Assembly: GCA_008632985.1 (NCBI GenBank)
Contig: QPGO01000061.1
Coordinates: forward strand, 186,001 to 250,000
Reading direction: 5' to 3'
Source: Psammoneis japonica
Lineage: Eukaryota
DNA length: 64,000 nucleotides
Position 1 is the first letter of the stretch; every line of letters begins with the position of its first letter. The notes under the pieces were generated by a model. The model was given only the letters and a program-made list of their open reading frames with translations, had not been told where the DNA came from and did no database searches. A program made the position numbers and the translations under genes. Of this stretch, positions 62,701 to 64,000 are shown piece after piece.

Positions 62701-64000
62701 AATTGGTGACTCGTTGAACAGAAGTTCTCGAAATGACACTGCCTGTCTGTGTCAAAACGTAACACGACATGAGACTCCCTGTTCTGTGAGACACACCAAG
62801 CCACCCGCCGAGCTTCTCGTCCCCTGGACCGGCATTCTCCCTGTGCCAGACCCAATCATAAAATCCAAAGTCAAGGCACTCCGAGATGTCCACGGTCTCT
62901 CCGAGAACGTTCTCCAGTGGTGCTCCAGCATCCAAATGATGTGCTCTAAGGAACGTGTGAGACATGGTCTCACATGTCCATGTAAATCCGCAGTCCCACA
63001 GTCGCCGCGGTGCTTGCTTCTTGACCATGATGCGGAACCACTTGCGTCCAACCTCACGTACAACCCCTTCTGCAGGATTCTGGTTGTGTCGATCGGGTTC
63101 GATGATGTGACAATCTGTGCCCTCCTTGCGCACGGTCTTCACGAACTCCGTGCCAGGTTTTGTTTGCTCCTTAGATCCATCCATCAGGAGTTTCTCTGGC
63201 ACGCCAAATTCCTGGCAAAACATCTTGAGAGCCTCACCAGCCTTGCTCTTCTTGTCCATGGGATAAATCGCAGCAAAGCATTGCTTGTTTGTAAAGATCT
63301 GGGCATGTCGATTGCCCTCTGGCGAAACCACCTTGCCATCAACCGTGTCGGTTGCCCATTCACCCCGTAACCTGGGCTTCGTGAACATCCGATCGGCCCG
63401 ATGGCATCAACCCATTGGCATCAACGCTGACCTGATGAGCTTTTGCGCAGTCTTCTTGAGCATGCTTGCTGCTTGCTTGAGTCCTGTGCACCATCGTTCA
63501 CTTGAGTCAGCAACCGACACATCACTGTGTCTCTCCTTGGACATGAATGTCTTCGGGAGTGCCAAGTCTTCAGGTCCTTCGCCGACAGTTTCCGTGGCAG
63601 AGATCTGGACTGTTGGCTCCGATTCCACATTAACGGCGGCTGTGAGCCTTGATTGGACTTGATCGACTCCACAAATGAATTGCTCATTGCAACAGTCCCC
63701 GGACTGAGGGTTGCTGCAGGCAGGATCAGCTTTGAACTCGTGTGTCAGATTGGCGTGGATCGTCGCAATTGACCGAACTAGCTCCATTTCCTCCTCCGCA
63801 GATCGTCGAGTTCCAATGGATTTGAACTCAACGGTCTGTGGATCCCAAGGTTGTTGGGAGGTCATCTGGATCTTGGGGCATTCGTGCAATTCCTGCTCTG
63901 CAGGAGTGCGAGTTGCCGCAACAATGTTGGTTCCCACAGCTTCAAGCGGCATCATGAAAGATCTGTCCTCTGTGAGGATGTGCAGTGGCGAATCGGAGCA
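59740..64000 (-). mobile_element. Ty1/copia (CoDi-like) LTR retrotransposon, 3' part; continues beyond the window
   Basis: Integrase-RT-RNase H domain order. Polypurine tract GAGGGGA on the minus strand at about 60017-60023. Putative 3' LTR at about 59740-60016, with an uncertain left boundary. Confidence 0.85.
60201..63955 (-). pseudogene. copia pol (integrase, reverse transcriptase, RNase H), frameshifted and hypermutated
   Basis: FCQEFGVPEKL..DGSKEQ, HNQNPAEGVVRE, FRRKAHMVAGGH, GLKSSGAAFR, VLVYVDD, FVDANHA, FCDNEA and LKKKHHSIA. Frame breaks near 63390, 61000 and 60670. Confidence 0.9.

Noticed and set aside
1..64000. Classical fungal RIP or simple CpG methylation decay as the sole explanation of the composition bias
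   Set aside because: RIP increases TpA, and CpG decay cannot convert TA to TG/CA. Copy alignments and Tyr->His/Cys changes show TA being lost.
1..64000. rRNA or tRNA genes
   Set aside because: No recognisable conserved rRNA segments or tRNA cloverleaf/box motifs were seen by eye. A tRNAscan or Infernal run would be decisive.

Overview
Eukaryotic genomic DNA, most likely from a diatom. This is inferred from CoDi-like Ty1/copia elements, a GABA-B-like class C GPCR, DUF1769 genes and short GT-AG introns. The window alternates sharply between two states. (1) Gene islands of normal composition at about 3.9-7.3, 26.7-36.3, 37.9-40.65, 43.5-50.1 and 54.0-57.9 kb. They carry a PC-esterase/SGNH-like protein, a Cys-rich membrane protein, a coiled-coil protein, a 2OG-Fe(II) oxygenase, two DUF1769 paralogues, a glycosyltransferase-like/sulfotransferase-like multidomain protein and a GPCR. 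(2) Transposon-derived tracts in which TpA is almost absent, CpG is depleted and TG/CA is in large excess. Eleven copies of one MITE family (TIR GACGCGTTCCA, 4-bp TSD) range from pristine to fully converted. Together with a copia pol in which conserved Tyr became His or Cys, they show directional TpA->TpG/CpA (A:T->G:C) hypermutation of repeats on top of CpG decay, which is the reverse of fungal RIP. The window also holds a 3.4-kb piggyBac-like element (CCC...GGG ends, TTAT TSD). Its spliced ORF joins a YqaJ/lambda-exonuclease-like domain to piggyBac-like C-terminal motifs. All calls were made by eye from sequence and motif knowledge; no searches were run.
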